A DNA stretch of 64,000 nucleotides from an uncultured Gemmatimonadales bacterium. GTDB lineage: Bacteria; Gemmatimonadota; Gemmatimonadetes; Gemmatimonadales; GWC2-71-9. The stretch is from the NCBI GenBank assembly GCA_963695555.1, contig CAVOGR010000001.1, positions 640,001 through 704,000 of the forward strand. Reading direction: 5' to 3'. Shown here in pieces: positions 62,429-64,000 of this stretch. The notes beneath the pieces were generated by a model. The model had not been told where the DNA came from and did no database searches. It saw only the letters and a list, made by a program, of their open reading frames with translations. Made by a program: the position numbers and the translations under genes. Numbering within the stretch: position 1 is the first letter of the stretch; each line of letters starts with the position of its first letter.

Positions 62429-63607
62429 CTAGAACGAGACGAAGGTTGCGGCACTCTGGATCAGAGTCGATTCCCTGGGCGTACAATCCTGTGCCCCCAC
62501 CGCAAACTCGTACGTCTGACCGGCCACCAATCCGTTACCACTGGTGATGTTGTAGGGATTCTGGCCCGGCGGGATGGTCCCCATCAGATCCCAATCCGTC
62601 GCTGCCATCACTCGGCGGTACACGTTGTACTGGGTCACGTCGGTCTCGCCGCTGGACTCGTCGACCGACGGCGGCCAAATCAATTGCACGGAGGGCGGGG
62701 TGCCGGGTGCATTTGGATTCGCGGTGAGCGGCCCCGACAAGATCGGGCGCGAGCCACATGTGGCCAGCTTGACCAAGCCGTTGTTGGGAGTGGCGATCAT
62801 GGTCGAGACCGTCCGGGCTGAAGCCTCAGGCCCGGTGAGCCCGTTGGTCGCCACGAAGTTCACCCGCACGATCCGAACACTGTCTGCCAGGGCCGACGCC
62901 GCCGTGTCGGCCGGGCTTCCGTGAATCGGGGCCAGGTGCCGCACAGGGATCATCGATGCCGGCATCTGGCGGGACACGCGATTCCCACTCGCCAGGGTCG
63001 AGTCATACCAAAATTCGAAAAACGCCCGGCTCGGATACGGCGCGAGATTTCGGGCAATCAGCTCCGGTGCGAGATCGTTCACCCGCTGCATCAAGGCGTA
63101 GTCGCTTGGATTCGGGGTGGACAGGTCAGGCTCGAAGTAGAACATGATCGTCTCGGCCCGGCTCGGCGTGCCGCTCGTTCCCCAGTAGTAGTTGGTGTCC
63201 GGGTAGGTAATGGCCGTGCCGTAGATCGTCATGAGCGACGCGGTCGTCATCGAGAGGGCTGCAGTGGGTGGCAGATCGGGATTCACGTAGACTGCGTCGC
63301 CATCGGCCGTGTCGGTGGCGAAGTTGGCGTTGAACACGATCACGTCGTTTGCGCCGTACACCAGCATCGGCTGTCTGGCCGTGGTGCCGCTGCCCAGGGT
63401 ACGCAGCGAGCGATCGATGGTTCCGAGCGCGAAGCGCATATTCTGGATCGCCTCCATCTTGGTGCTGCCGACCCGAAAGCTGCTGCTCTGCGAGCGGAAC
63501 AGATTGAGCGCCGTACCCATGATGATCCCAACCAGGACCAGCGCGATCAGGAGTTCGATCAGCGTGAAGCCATGGGGCGCAGGGCGACGCGAGGAGGCGT
63601 GCGTCAT
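62429..63607 (-). CDS. PilW-like type IV minor pilin with C-terminal FN3-like domain
   Basis: HG|FTLIELLIAL N-methylation motif; LIW...YNVYR...YEFAVGA. Confidence 0.8.
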   Translation of the reverse strand: MTHASSRRPAPHGFTLIELLIALVLVGIIMGTALNLFRSQSSSFRVGSTKMEAIQNMRFALGTIDRSLRTLGSGTTARQPMLVYGANDVIVFNANFATDTADGDAVYVNPDLPPTAALSMTTASLMTIYGTAITYPDTNYYWGTSGTPSRAETIMFYFEPDLSTPNPSDYALMQRVNDLAPELIARNLAPYPSRAFFEFWYDSTLASGNRVSRQMPASMIPVRHLAPIHGSPADTAASALADSVRIVRVNFVATNGLTGPEASARTVSTMIATPNNGLVKLATCGSRPILSGPLTANPNAPGTPPSVQLIWPPSVDESSGETDVTQYNVYRRVMAATDWDLMGTIPPGQNPYNITSGNGLVAGQTYEFAVGAQDCTPRESTLIQSAATFVSF

Positions 63608-63999
63608 GGACGCGCCACGACCGCGGTCACGTTGACGGTGTCCATCACCGTTGAGCCGGGACGCCGCATGGTGGGCTCGGTCACCTTCACGGTGACGACC
63701 GTGTAGTCACGCACCGGAGCGGTCCCGGTGACCCGAGTCACCCGCGTGATGCGGGTCATGGCGGGATAATCCGGAAACCCGATCGCGGTGCCGACCCAGG
63801 CGCCGGGCAGGGGATACGTCGGATCGGCCCGCACTTCTTCCAACCGCTCGCGGGCCACCGACGCGGCCACGGTGCGCGTAGTGGAAGTACCCACCGCGTG
63901 GAGGAATTCCCCGGCAAACCGCGCAAGCCCGAGGATCACCACCGACAGGATGGCGAGCGAGATCACGATCTCGATCACGGTGAAGCCGCGGCGGTCCAT
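63604..63999 (-). CDS. PilV-like type IV minor pilin
   Basis: RG|FTVIEIVISL N-methylation motif; ATGA overlap with the pilW-like gene. Confidence 0.8.
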   Translation of the reverse strand: MDRRGFTVIEIVISLAILSVVILGLARFAGEFLHAVGTSTTRTVAASVARERLEEVRADPTYPLPGAWVGTAIGFPDYPAMTRITRVTRVTGTAPVRDYTVVTVKVTEPTMRRPGSTVMDTVNVTAVVARP

Positions 64000-64000
64000 C

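Overview
High-GC bacterial DNA; the protein sequences look Gemmatimonadota-like, which is an inference and not a search result. The window runs from the 3' part of rpoB and rpoC into a ~30.6 kb block, almost all on the minus strand, that separates rpoC from rpsL. It then continues through the str, S10 and spc ribosomal operons to secY-adk-map, followed by a cyclodeaminase, suhB, trpS, a degenerate pilT paralog, purA and three type IV minor pilin genes. The inserted block has two parts. The first is an energy-conservation operon with 2-oxoacid:ferredoxin oxidoreductases interleaved into rnfB/CDGEA, plus apbE and a small NqrM-like gene. The second is the highlight: a candidate new RiPP cluster (about 23.9-37.4 kb). 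It is built around a 43-aa precursor with a YxxP leader and a ...ITSAGASWWG end. Around the precursor sit a stand-alone PqqD/RRE, an HPr-kinase-like kinase, three ferritin-like diiron proteins, a membrane desaturase/hydroxylase, an AsnB-type amidotransferase, an S26-type peptidase, a formyltransferase, a nucleotidyltransferase and two SdpA/SdpB(HTTM)-like pairs. Three single-base frameshifts (rnfB, korA, rplV) are probably sequencing errors. No tRNA, rRNA, CRISPR array or transposase was seen.
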